Shown piece after piece: positions 1-9,246 of a DNA stretch of 64,000 nt. The first letter of the stretch is position 1. Each line of letters starts with the position of its first letter. The notes below the pieces were generated by a model. It did not search any database, was not told where the DNA came from, and was given only the letters and a program-made list of their open reading frames with translations. The DNA comes from an uncultured Fibrobacteria bacterium (GTDB taxonomy: Bacteria > Fibrobacterota > Fibrobacteria > UBA11236). Both the position numbers and the translations under genes were made by a program. The stretch covers positions 3,072,001 to 3,136,000 of the forward strand of contig OY970309.1 of the NCBI GenBank assembly GCA_963716395.1, written 5' to 3'.

Positions 1-2
1 GA

Positions 3-380
3 CCTGGATATTTCGTAAACGCGATCTATCCGATTTTCCAAAAACCACAATATGGTTGCACGACTTGCCATAGTCAGTACGGACCCGGCTATCAAGGAAC
101 CGGAGGCGCCCAGGGGGGCCTGGATCTTACCGAGTCACCGGATTCGGTGTATGCACTTTTGGTGAACCATCTGGCGTATGAACCCAGCAATGATATCACC
201 CCGCCCTACTCGATGTACCGGGTTGATCCCGGAAATCCCAATAGTAGCTACTTGTATTTGAAACTTTCAGAATCACACCCCCCTTATGGAGGGCAGATGC
301 CTTTGACAGGACCTCCATTTTTGTCAGTCCAGGACCTTAACACCATCTTGATTTGGATTCAAGCCGGAGCACCGAAATAA
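3..380 (+). CDS. c-type cytochrome domain protein (planctomycete cytochrome c-like), 5'-truncated by the window edge
   Basis: The frame is open from base 3 (PGYFVNAIYPIFQKPQYGCTTCHS...). CxxCH lies at 57-71, followed by GGLDL...VDPGNPNSSYLYLKL...QMP...WIQAGA, the typical pattern of this domain. The ORF track start (147) misses the heme motif. Confidence 0.8.
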   Translation, partial: PGYFVNAIYPIFQKPQYGCTTCHSQYGPGYQGTGGAQGGLDLTESPDSVYALLVNHLAYEPSNDITPPYSMYRVDPGNPNSSYLYLKLSESHPPYGGQMPLTGPPFLSVQDLNTILIWIQAGAPK

Positions 381-406
381 TGATGAAACGTAAAGGGAAA
401 AAGCCG

Positions 407-1555
407 ATGTCGAAAAAAAACTGGTGGATCTTCGCGGGTCTCTGTTTGGGGGTAGCCGGCACCGTGGAGGCCGAGCCTTATATCGCGGTGCGCACGGGAT
501 TCAAATGCAGTGTCTGCCATGTGAACCATACGGGCGGCGGCAAACGTACGGATTATGGGTATGTCTATAGCCAATACCAGCTTATTATGAAGGCCACGCA
601 GCTTGAATCGGCCGATGACAATCTGGATCCCAAGCTGAACAAATCCATTTCCGTGGGGGCGAATTTCCGCGTATTTCAAACCCATTCCCTTTCTTATGGG
701 TGGACTCCGCCCGATTCGACGGTAACGCCTTATTTCGCGGGGGATACGGCCGATTTCAAGCGCATCAATCTCGGATCAAACGATGCCACCAGTATTGATG
801 AAGGCAATCTGTATTTGGAATTCGATCTCATCCGTAATCTGATGACTCTTTACATGGACGAAACCGTGGCGCCAACCCCACTAAATCGGGAAATGTGGGG
901 TATGATTCAATTGCCTTGGAACAGTTATTTCAAATTCGGAAACATGCTGCTCCCATACGGCTTTCGCCTGATGGACGATCAAGCTTTCGTGCGTCAGTAT
1001 ACGGGCTATACCTATAAAACCACGAGTTTGGGGTATGAAGTGGGCATCGAACCAGGCCCGCTTTCGGCCATCTTCAACCTGACTTCTAATAAATTTTCCA
1101 CCGTCGATTATGTGGTCTTCAACAACATGCCGGTGATTCGCACCGTGCGTGTAGGCGGCTCGTATGCCATGGCCGTGCGAAAGCAGGGCAACCCGACGCG
1201 GAAAAAAGATCGGCAGCGCGGGGTATTTGCCGGATTCAGCGCCGGAATGTTTACGGTTTTGGGGGAACGCGATTATATCACCAGTCCCGACAGCGTGTAT
1301 TCCCGGGCGGATTACCTTGAACTCGATGTTCTGCCGATTCAGGGTTTCAACATCAAATGCGTCTACGAATATTATTGGCCCGATGAGGTCGCACCGGCCA
1401 AAGAAGACGGTTTAAGAAGGATCACAGTAGGTGTCGAGCCCTTCATAGCACCTTTCTTGCAAGTCGGTTTATACTATCGGAAAAACGATGCCCCTCCACA
1501 AAATGGCACGGCCAACCAAGACCAAATCGTGGGAAGATTCCACGCTTTCTTCTAA
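407..1555 (+). CDS. Monoheme cytochrome c fused to an outer-membrane beta-barrel (Cyc2-like architecture)
   Basis: ATG 407 follows AAAGGGA. Signal peptide ends VEA, then EPYIAVRTGFKCSVCH (CxxCH 506-520), amphipathic beta-strands and a C-terminal beta-signal (GRFHAFF). Confidence 0.75.
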   Translation: MSKKNWWIFAGLCLGVAGTVEAEPYIAVRTGFKCSVCHVNHTGGGKRTDYGYVYSQYQLIMKATQLESADDNLDPKLNKSISVGANFRVFQTHSLSYGWTPPDSTVTPYFAGDTADFKRINLGSNDATSIDEGNLYLEFDLIRNLMTLYMDETVAPTPLNREMWGMIQLPWNSYFKFGNMLLPYGFRLMDDQAFVRQYTGYTYKTTSLGYEVGIEPGPLSAIFNLTSNKFSTVDYVVFNNMPVIRTVRVGGSYAMAVRKQGNPTRKKDRQRGVFAGFSAGMFTVLGERDYITSPDSVYSRADYLELDVLPIQGFNIKCVYEYYWPDEVAPAKEDGLRRITVGVEPFIAPFLQVGLYYRKNDAPPQNGTANQDQIVGRFHAFF

Positions 1556-1570
1556 CGCGGCTTGATGGCG

Positions 1571-1620
1571 TCCCGCTCATTTTTCGGTTTGAAACCGGAG
1601 TGAGCGGGAATTCCTTTTGC
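1571..1620 (+). terminator. Hairpin, probable intrinsic terminator
   Basis: TCCCGCTCA...TGAGCGGGA outer stem with an inner CGGTTT/AAACCG stem, followed by ATTCCTTTT, just after the stop at 1555. Confidence 0.55.
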
Positions 1621-1845
1621 ACCCCATTTTCTCCGCGTGCATATAAACCCAACGACGAAAAATCGACCCGCTGATGTGAAGGTGGGCGCAATCGTGCGTT
1701 TTTCCGGAATAAGGTAGATCTGTGCCATATTGGCGAATTCATGTTATTTATGGCAATTTTTCATTAGCTTTGCAGCAATAATTCCGATTACGGCCAGTTT
1801 TTGGGTAAAAAAATGGAGGATCGTTTCTTGCTTGAACAGAGCGAC

Positions 1846-3219
1846 ATGAACCCGAAAAAACGTTTGTTGATCCTGGATGACGAGCAAGGCATTCTCGAAT
1901 CTCTCTCGCGAGCCTTGCACGGAGCCGAGTACGAAATCGTCACCTCCTCCGATCCCGCCAAATCCATAGAGAACCTGAAAACCATCCTGCCGCAAACCGT
2001 CATCACCGACCTCAAGATGCCGGGACTGGGAGGCCTGCAGGTCTTGCAGCGCGTGAAGGAATTCAATCCCAATATCCAGGTGATTGTCATTACCGGCCAC
2101 GGCTCCATCGACGAAGCCGTCTCGGCCATGAAAGCGGGCGCCTACGACTTCATCCCCAAGCCGTTCAACAAACAGGAAATCGTCGCCGTCGTAAACCGCG
2201 CCTTTGAAAAGGTGTTTTTGCTGGAAGAAAATCTTTTGCTGCGGGAAAAACTCCGCAAGAGCCAGGCCCCAACTTTCGAAACCGGCAAAAGCCGGGTCTT
2301 CAAGGAATTGTTGCATCGCTCGGCCCAGGCTGCGAACAGCGAGGCCACCATTCTCATTCTGGGTGAATCGGGAACGGGTAAAGAAGTGTTGGCCAATTAC
2401 ATCGTGTTGAATTCGCCGCGCGCTTCGCAGCCTTTCGTCACCGTCAATTGCGCCGCCATTCCGGAAAACCTCATCGAGGCCGAATTGTTCGGCTATAAGA
2501 AAGGTTCGTTTACCGGTGCCTATCAGGACAAGAAAGGCAAGTTTTTGGAGGCCAACGGCGGTTCCATCATGCTCGACGAAATCGGTGAAATCCCCTTGGG
2601 CGTGCAATCCAAGCTCTTGCGGATTCTGCAAGAAGGCGAGGTCAGTCCCGTGGGCGGCAATGCCCAAAAGGTGGATGTGCGCGTAATCGCCGCCACCAAT
2701 AAAAACCTGCGTAAAATGGTGGAGGCCGGTACCTTTCGCGAAGATCTGTTTTACCGGCTGAACGTCATTCCTTTACAGATTCCCCCGCTGCGGCAAAGAC
2801 CCGAAGATTTGCATGCTCTGATCTCTTTTTTCATCGCCAAGTACTGCAAAAAGAATAAACGCACCAACCTTTCCATCAGTCCCGAAGCCTTGAAGCTGAT
2901 GGAGCACTATGCGTGGCCGGGCAATATCCGCGAGCTGGAAAATGCCATCGAACGCGCCGTCATTCTATGCCTCGGACATCAAATCACCGTGGAGGATTTG
3001 CCCGATGAACTGAATCACGACACCGATGCGGCCGGTCAGTTTACCATTGAACAGGGAATGACCTTGGAAGAAATCGAATTGGCCGTAATTCAAAACTCGC
3101 TGAAACACCATCACGGCGACAAGGCCAAAACCGCGGAGGAGTTGGGCATCAGCCTGCGCACCATTTACCGCAAGTTGGATAGCATCGTCTCCTCCGAGGC
3201 CCAGAAACAAGCGCCTTAG
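1846..3219 (+). CDS. Sigma-54-dependent response regulator (NtrC/AtoC family)
   Basis: Receiver domain (LILDDE, ITDLKMP), Walker A GESGTGKE, GSFTGA loop, LDEIGE, FREDLFYRLNV, WPGNIRELEN and a Fis-type HTH. Alternative start at 1813. Confidence 0.95.
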   Translation: MNPKKRLLILDDEQGILESLSRALHGAEYEIVTSSDPAKSIENLKTILPQTVITDLKMPGLGGLQVLQRVKEFNPNIQVIVITGHGSIDEAVSAMKAGAYDFIPKPFNKQEIVAVVNRAFEKVFLLEENLLLREKLRKSQAPTFETGKSRVFKELLHRSAQAANSEATILILGESGTGKEVLANYIVLNSPRASQPFVTVNCAAIPENLIEAELFGYKKGSFTGAYQDKKGKFLEANGGSIMLDEIGEIPLGVQSKLLRILQEGEVSPVGGNAQKVDVRVIAATNKNLRKMVEAGTFREDLFYRLNVIPLQIPPLRQRPEDLHALISFFIAKYCKKNKRTNLSISPEALKLMEHYAWPGNIRELENAIERAVILCLGHQITVEDLPDELNHDTDAAGQFTIEQGMTLEEIELAVIQNSLKHHHGDKAKTAEELGISLRTIYRKLDSIVSSEAQKQAP

Positions 3220-3221
3220 TC

Positions 3222-3641
3222 CTAGGGCGGCGCCTGTGCTCCCACGTGCAATCCGTTGGCCAAAGCACGAATGAGGATGGCCGCCTTTTCCAATTCTTCC
3301 AAGAGCACCCTTCCATCCGGGCTTTGATCGAATTGACCTTGCAGAGCCTCGGCATGCAGCGATTCACCCCAGGCGGCCAACAGGCGGTCGGATTCAGGTG
3401 GACCGATTTCCCGCTGTACCTCCTTTTGCAGGCGAGGTGACAGCGCTTGCAGCAACGTGCAAGCGGGTTCCAGGTCGGAGCCGGAATTTATCGCAGCCAC
3501 CAAATCGTCCAGGCCCTTGCCGGTGTCGCGAAAAATCCCGGCTATTTCCGGCAGTTGCGCCGGATCTCGCCGCGCGAATTTTTGCTCGAATTGGATCAGT
3601 CGCCGCGCGAAATAGCTGATGGTTTGCACCGGAGCGGCCAT
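3222..3641 (-). CDS. Hypothetical alpha-helical protein
   Basis: 139 aa ORF filling the gap between two real genes, with protein-like composition and no recognised motif. Confidence 0.6.
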   Translation of the reverse strand: MAAPVQTISYFARRLIQFEQKFARRDPAQLPEIAGIFRDTGKGLDDLVAAINSGSDLEPACTLLQALSPRLQKEVQREIGPPESDRLLAAWGESLHAEALQGQFDQSPDGRVLLEELEKAAILIRALANGLHVGAQAPP

Positions 3642-3653
3642 CCGTATCCCAGG

Positions 3654-4823
3654 CTATAAGGAAGAGGTGGAAACCGAGGGCCATCGCCGGCCGTCGGGTG
3701 AAACCAGAAAGGGAAGATCCGGAGCGTCCAGTAGGTAGTGAAAATGGTTGCGGGTGGGAACGAGATACACAGCTTTGCGCGCCGCCGGACGCGGCAGCAC
3801 GGGGGAGGTGGAGGAATCGACAATCCAAATATTCCGGAAGGCTACCGAGTCGGTATGGTATTGCAGTCGAATCGGGCCCGGCGCGGGCCCTTCGGGATCG
3901 CCCAGCAAGGTGCTGTTCAGCAAAGTCCGGTTGCCATGGATGGTTACTCCATTCTGGACTACGGTCACGTGGGCCGAATCGAGTTTGATGGTACCCGTGG
4001 AGTCAAACCGCGCCGCCTGAAAGGCGATGTCGTAGGTTTGCCACACCCGAGGGGGAAAGCACATGTTCACAGTCGGCGCCCATTGCTCCCAGAATGCTCC
4101 GCAATGGCGTTTGGGTTCGAGCGTATCGGTTTTGGCCAAATCCGGAAGGCATTGTCCGAAGCTATCCAGAATTTGGACTTCGTAGCGGTTTTGTAAAACC
4201 ACTCCGCTATTGGAGCGGTTTTGACCCGTCTGCGTAGGTTCAAACGGCAGACGGAATTCCAAATGCAAGGTGAAATTCCGGAAAGATTGCACCGAAATTG
4301 CTCCATCCGATTCCGTGACCCCGGTTGGCAGCAAATCCCCGTTCCCGTCCAGGACGGCATGGGTCCAGGCAGAAACCGACGAGCCGTCGAACAAAACCAA
4401 GGCTCCGGCCGGAGGCGGCTTGCCCAAGTCCGGGCTTTGGCGATGCACCTTTTGCAGCCGGAGGAGAGATCCGGAAGCGGCCCTTCCCGCCAGCGTTGTG
4501 CCGCTGGAATCCACGGTGAGCGAGTCACCGTTTTGCTGAAACAGCACCGAGCCGTTTTGCCAGGCGCCGGGAACGATTTGATAGGTTTGGCCGTCCCAAC
4601 CCGCACCGGGCAAGCCCCCCGTTAACAAGAGCATCCGGAAAGTACCCTGACCCAGGGCCATGACCTGCGCGCCCATGGCCGTTTGTGTGGCGCTGTCAAC
4701 TCCGGCATACTCCCCTTGCAGCGAATAATCGTCTTCATTTCCCGCCCCGGTCAATGATTGCGATTGGCCGCAGGCGAATAAACACAGCGTTATCCACGGA
4801 ATTCCCCGCGACCGAATCGGCAT
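3654..4823 (-). CDS. DUF1080 (3-keto-disaccharide hydrolase-like) secreted protein or lipoprotein
   Basis: GGGAGA RBS and LFAC lipobox-like motif. DUF1080 motifs LFDG, FTLHLEF, NSGV, YEVQILDS, WQTYDI, GPIRLQYH, FRNIWI. Confidence 0.9.
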   Translation of the reverse strand: MPIRSRGIPWITLCLFACGQSQSLTGAGNEDDYSLQGEYAGVDSATQTAMGAQVMALGQGTFRMLLLTGGLPGAGWDGQTYQIVPGAWQNGSVLFQQNGDSLTVDSSGTTLAGRAASGSLLRLQKVHRQSPDLGKPPPAGALVLFDGSSVSAWTHAVLDGNGDLLPTGVTESDGAISVQSFRNFTLHLEFRLPFEPTQTGQNRSNSGVVLQNRYEVQILDSFGQCLPDLAKTDTLEPKRHCGAFWEQWAPTVNMCFPPRVWQTYDIAFQAARFDSTGTIKLDSAHVTVVQNGVTIHGNRTLLNSTLLGDPEGPAPGPIRLQYHTDSVAFRNIWIVDSSTSPVLPRPAARKAVYLVPTRNHFHYLLDAPDLPFLVSPDGRRWPSVSTSSL

Positions 4824-4851
4824 AATTTCTCCCGCTTTTAAATTAAGCGGA

Positions 4852-5778
4852 TTAACGGTGTCCGAAATGAATATTTCTTTGGAACTGGATTTTTTTATTC
4901 AACCCGCTTTGCTGCATGCCCTGCACCGCTGCATGCAGAAACCCCAGGACGGATTCCAATTCGTCGTACAAGGTGCGATCGCGCAACAGGGCACCAGCCA
5001 AGCCGGTGGAATCTTGCAATTGATGCATCACCATTTCGGCGCGCGTTAAATTCCAGGCAATTTTGTTTTCGGCCGAATCCACGACGACCAACCCTTGGCC
5101 CGTGCGGTTCCAAACCCGGTCAAGCCCGGATTGCGAAGCGCGCAATCCGCGGTTGGCCTGATCTCCAAAGCGTTCCATGGCGGCGGTGCTTTGAACCACC
5201 CGGCGTTCGAGCGGGTCGATGGCCTGCGTCAAGCGTTGCATGCGCAGCAGGCTTCCGGTCAATTCGCGGTTCAAACGCTGGGGCGACAGCGGAGCTTGAT
5301 CCCTGACGAACAGCCGCTCCCAGTCGACCTCCAGACGTTCCACCCAGATTACCAGGTCATCCGCGCGGCGCAAAGCTTCGACGGCGCTGGGCGCAAACAG
5401 GCCTTCTTGCACGCGTGTCTCGTCCAGGGGACGGGAAGAATGTCCCGGAACCAAAACCACCGCGCGGGTGCCCAAAAGCGATTGGTTGAAATCGACGAAG
5501 CGGGTATCCGCGGCGAGAAAGTTCCGGTGGTAAAGTTCGAGGGTGACCAGGGCGGTACGGCCGTCTTGGTCCATGGCGATATCCTCCACCTGGCCAACCA
5601 CCACCCCAAACTCGGTGACGGGATCGTCCCGCATCAACGATCCGGTTTCCGACAGATGCAGGTGCACATAGCGATGCGGGGCGTACGCAGCGCGGTGGAA
5701 CAGGCCTCCGATCGCGGCGGCCAGCACGACCAGGAACAAAATCGTCAGATAACCGGTGAGACGGGCGTTGGCATCCAT
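4852..5778 (-). CDS. MCE/MlaD family protein
   Basis: N-terminal TM helix, then GSL..DDPVTEFGVVVGQVEDI and QSLLGTRAVVLVPG (MCE domain), a helical stalk, and GLAGALLRDRTLYDEL. Confidence 0.85.
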   Translation of the reverse strand: MDANARLTGYLTILFLVVLAAAIGGLFHRAAYAPHRYVHLHLSETGSLMRDDPVTEFGVVVGQVEDIAMDQDGRTALVTLELYHRNFLAADTRFVDFNQSLLGTRAVVLVPGHSSRPLDETRVQEGLFAPSAVEALRRADDLVIWVERLEVDWERLFVRDQAPLSPQRLNRELTGSLLRMQRLTQAIDPLERRVVQSTAAMERFGDQANRGLRASQSGLDRVWNRTGQGLVVVDSAENKIAWNLTRAEMVMHQLQDSTGLAGALLRDRTLYDELESVLGFLHAAVQGMQQSGLNKKIQFQRNIHFGHR

Positions 5779-5812
5779 GCGGCGTTCGCATCCTATTGTA
5801 CAATCATCCTCC

Positions 5813-6901
5813 ATGTTGGTGTTACGGGTTGCGGGGCAAAACGGTGGGTGGTGGCTGGGCGCGGCCCTGCTCGCCGGCTGCCAGCCGGGAACGCCACTGC
5901 ACGCATCGGCTTTGCCGGCTTCGCTGGCGCGGCGCACCTTCGCGCAAAGCGACGACCGGGATTTGGCCGACTATTTGTGCCGCTGGCATCCGCACGATTG
6001 GCGCGCCCATCTGGCGCGGGCCTTGGATGCCGACGCCTCCTCGCCACAGCGGCGCGCCGAGTTGACCGCCGCCTTGCGGCTGCGACCGCATGAGCCTCTT
6101 TTGTTGTACGCCCTGGCGGTGAACCTGCTGGCGGCGCATGCGCCTGCGGACGATTCCAATGCCGTGGCCTTGCTCACGGCAGCCCTGGCGCGCGATCCGG
6201 AAAACGGTGTGCTCGATCTGACGCGCGCGGTGGCACAGGCGCGCCTTGGCCGCGTCTTCGCCGCGCGCACGGTGTTCCTTGCCACGCGCGGATTTCCCCG
6301 GGGCGACTTGTACGGCCGCCGTTTGGAAGACGCCTTGCTCGGCATGCTCGACACGGGATTGCGGCTCAATCCCTATGATGTGATTCAGGCCGAAGACTGG
6401 TACCGCGCCCTGCCTTTGCCGCCGGTGGCGGAATGGTCCGGCGCTTTGGAAACCATTTTTCTCGATCCGCTGCAGCAGCATCCCTACGATATCCGCGCAC
6501 GCGGCCGCGAAGCCGCGCTGGGGTTGTACCGGTTGGGCAGGTGCCTAGTCGACGCCTCTTTGGATCCGGAGCGGATTTTCTCGGATGGCCGCGAAGAGCG
6601 CATGCTGGGCTGGCTTTTGCAAACCAAGGCCGCGCAATTTCTGGCCGATTACAACCGGACCTTTGCGCGGCCGGTCAAGGGGTTCGCCCCGGCAGAGCAA
6701 ATTGCGCTGCGCCTGCAAGCCGCGGTGGATGCGCCGGATGTCCCCCCGCGCGATTGGGAACTTTTTCTCGGAGATTGGGAGCGACTGGGCCAAACCAACC
6801 CTGATGAGACCTTGGGTTGGGCGGCACAACGCATGCAAACCGCAAGCTTGTGGCGCAAGGTGTTGCGGCATCGGCTTCACGCAGATCCGAGCGCAGACTA
6901 A
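5813..6901 (+). CDS. Hypothetical lipoprotein with TPR-like helices
   Basis: LLAGC lipobox and TPR-like segments (ALRLRPHEP, ALARDPENG). TACAAT lies 8 nt before ATG 5813. Confidence 0.7.
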   Translation: MLVLRVAGQNGGWWLGAALLAGCQPGTPLHASALPASLARRTFAQSDDRDLADYLCRWHPHDWRAHLARALDADASSPQRRAELTAALRLRPHEPLLLYALAVNLLAAHAPADDSNAVALLTAALARDPENGVLDLTRAVAQARLGRVFAARTVFLATRGFPRGDLYGRRLEDALLGMLDTGLRLNPYDVIQAEDWYRALPLPPVAEWSGALETIFLDPLQQHPYDIRARGREAALGLYRLGRCLVDASLDPERIFSDGREERMLGWLLQTKAAQFLADYNRTFARPVKGFAPAEQIALRLQAAVDAPDVPPRDWELFLGDWERLGQTNPDETLGWAAQRMQTASLWRKVLRHRLHADPSAD

Positions 6902-6976
6902 AGAGTTTGTTCGTGATCGGGGTAAAACTGGAACTTTTTTTTGCCTGTGTTTCCAATTGAGTGCAAGCAATTTAGG

Positions 6977-8137
6977 CTATTGGCTTTTGCGGTGGAACAG
7001 GGCCACGGCGGTGGTGAACACCGTGACGCCGATGGCCAGCATGCCCACGGCCTGGCGCCAAAGATCGTGCAGCCCCGAACCCTTGAGGAACATGCCGCGC
7101 AACACTTCCATGAAATACCGCACGGGATTGATATAGGTGATGCGCTGCACCCAAGCGGGCATGTTTTCCACGGGTAAAAAGAATCCCGACAACAGCAGAA
7201 AGAAAATCAGGAAGAACCAGATGAGAAACAGCGCCTGCTGCATGGTGCGCGCCACGGTCGAGGTCAGAATCCCGATGCCCAGAGAGGACAGCATGTAAAT
7301 GGCGCCGAATAAAACCAAGGTGAGGTAGTTGCCGCGAAAGGGCACCCCGAACCAAACCCGCGCCACGCCCAGCGCGAAGAACAACTCCACCAGGCCGATC
7401 AGGAAAAACGGAAAGGCCTTGCCCAATACGATGTGGATGGGCTGGATGGGCGTCACCAGCAATTGCTCCAAGGTGCCGCTTTCTTTCTCGCGCACGATGG
7501 AAAATCCCGTCAGCAGCGCGGTCACCATGGTGATGAGAATCACGGCGATTCCCGGCACCATATACCAACTCGATTCCAGCAGGGGGTTGAAGGCGATGCG
7601 CGTGTCGATTTGAAAGGGCATCAAATCGGCCAGCCGCAGACCCTGGGCGTGCAAATGGGTGTTGAGGCGATCCATGGACCATTGATCCAGTATCGCCGAC
7701 ATGTAGCCGCGCGCCACGCCCGAAGAGCTGGCATCCTGCCCGTCGACCCATAGACCCAGAGGTGCGCCATCGCCGGCGGGAAATCCAGCCGGGGTGACGT
7801 GCATGCGTTCTTCGACACGCCGGGAGAAATCGGGGGGAATATCCACGGCCATGCGGATGCGACCCGCGTCGAGCCAGGCGCGCAACTCGGTTTCGGAGCG
7901 GGCGAAGCCTTGGAAGCGGAACCACGGCGAGGCCCGCATGGCCGAAATCAACGACGCCGAAGTCGGGCATTGGCAGCGGTCAAGCACGCTGAAAGGGGTA
8001 TTTTTCACTTCGGTGGTGAGCGCGTAGCCGAGCACCATCAATTGCATCAAGGGCATGAAGAACAGAAGCCGCAGCGAAGCCGTGTCGCGGCGCAGGTGCT
8101 GAAACTCTTTCCAGATGATGATGCGGAGCAGCTTCAC
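6977..8137 (-). CDS. ABC-2 type transporter permease (YbhR-like)
   Basis: GTG start overlaps the upstream stop (GTGA). KEFQHLRRD, IVREKESGTLEQLLVTP, LSGFFLPVENMP. Confidence 0.93.
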   Translation of the reverse strand: MKLLRIIIWKEFQHLRRDTASLRLLFFMPLMQLMVLGYALTTEVKNTPFSVLDRCQCPTSASLISAMRASPWFRFQGFARSETELRAWLDAGRIRMAVDIPPDFSRRVEERMHVTPAGFPAGDGAPLGLWVDGQDASSSGVARGYMSAILDQWSMDRLNTHLHAQGLRLADLMPFQIDTRIAFNPLLESSWYMVPGIAVILITMVTALLTGFSIVREKESGTLEQLLVTPIQPIHIVLGKAFPFFLIGLVELFFALGVARVWFGVPFRGNYLTLVLFGAIYMLSSLGIGILTSTVARTMQQALFLIWFFLIFFLLLSGFFLPVENMPAWVQRITYINPVRYFMEVLRGMFLKGSGLHDLWRQAVGMLAIGVTVFTTAVALFHRKSQ

Positions 8138-9246
8138 AGTTTCACCCGGAATTTGCGGACGGAAATACCGAACAACAACAATCCCTCGGCGCCGAGCACC
8201 AGCAGCGAAGGCCATAATATCGTCAGACCCACGCCTTTGAGAATGATGCCGCGCACCAGGGTCAAGTAATAGGTGGCGGGAATGATCCGGGAAATGATTT
8301 GCAGAAATTTCGGCATGCTCGCAATCGGGAAGATGAATCCGGACAAAAGGACGGTGGGCATCATGGTGGCGCCGAGCGCCATGAGCATGGCGTGATGCTG
8401 ACGTTTGGCGATGGTGCTGATCAACAGGCCGATGCTGAGCGCGGTGCAGACGTAGACGAGGCTGCAACCCGCCAACAGCCACAGGCTGCCGGCGGGTTGC
8501 ACTCCGAACACGAGCCGGCCCACGCTGAGAATAAGCGTGCCGTCGATACTGGCCAAGACCACGTAGGGCAGCAGTTTGCCCGCAATGATTTCGTAGGGAC
8601 GCAGGGGTGTGATGAGCAACTGGCTCAAGGTACCGGTTTCTTTTTCGCGCGTCACCGCGATGGAGGTCAGCAGGGCCGAAATCATGAGCAGGATCACGGC
8701 CATGAGGCCCGGTACGAAAAACAGCGCGCTGCGTTGATCGGGGTTGTACAGCACCACGGTGCGCGTGTCGAGCACATGCGGCGGGTGCAGGTTGAGAATG
8801 TCGAGCAGGGCGTCTTGGGTGGCGGCGGCGACGGCACTGCGCATCTGCGAACCCACGTTGGGATCGGAGCCGTCCACGATGACCTGCAAATGCGCGCCGC
8901 CCGGGCGATGGAGCGCGGCGTCGAGATCGGCGGGCAGGCGCAGCAAGGCGCGCGCCCCCGAAGAGCGGAACGGCTGCAACGGGTCGGCCGTGGGAGGCAT
9001 CACGTCGGTGACGGCGAAAAAGGTCGAGGCGTCGAGCCGGCCGGCCAGAGCGTGCAGCACGGGCGAATAACGGGGCGCTTCGATGGCCAGTGAGGCGTCG
9101 CGGATGTCGGCGTTGAGCGCGTAGCCGTACAGGAACATCATGATCACGGGCATCAGCACCACGATGGCCAGCGTCTGCGGATCGCGCACGATGTGCAGGA
9201 ATTCCTTGCGGGCCGTGACCCGGATGCGGCGCAGTGAAGCCTTCAT
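8134..9246 (-). CDS. ABC-2 type transporter permease (YbhS-like)
   Basis: KEFLHIVRDP, TREKETGTLSQLLITP, LSGFIFPIASMP. ATGA overlap with the upstream gene. Confidence 0.93.
   Translation of the reverse strand: MKASLRRIRVTARKEFLHIVRDPQTLAIVVLMPVIMMFLYGYALNADIRDASLAIEAPRYSPVLHALAGRLDASTFFAVTDVMPPTADPLQPFRSSGARALLRLPADLDAALHRPGGAHLQVIVDGSDPNVGSQMRSAVAAATQDALLDILNLHPPHVLDTRTVVLYNPDQRSALFFVPGLMAVILLMISALLTSIAVTREKETGTLSQLLITPLRPYEIIAGKLLPYVVLASIDGTLILSVGRLVFGVQPAGSLWLLAGCSLVYVCTALSIGLLISTIAKRQHHAMLMALGATMMPTVLLSGFIFPIASMPKFLQIISRIIPATYYLTLVRGIILKGVGLTILWPSLLVLGAEGLLLFGISVRKFRVKL

Noticed and set aside
1556-1690. Fluoride riboswitch-like fragments (GATGGCGT, GCTGATG)
   Set aside because: Spacing and pairing do not fit, and there is no fluoride-related downstream gene. 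A terminator hairpin explains the region better.
1700-1800. Sigma-54 -24/-12 promoter near the activator gene
   Set aside because: TGGCA occurs on both strands but without TTGC at the required spacing.
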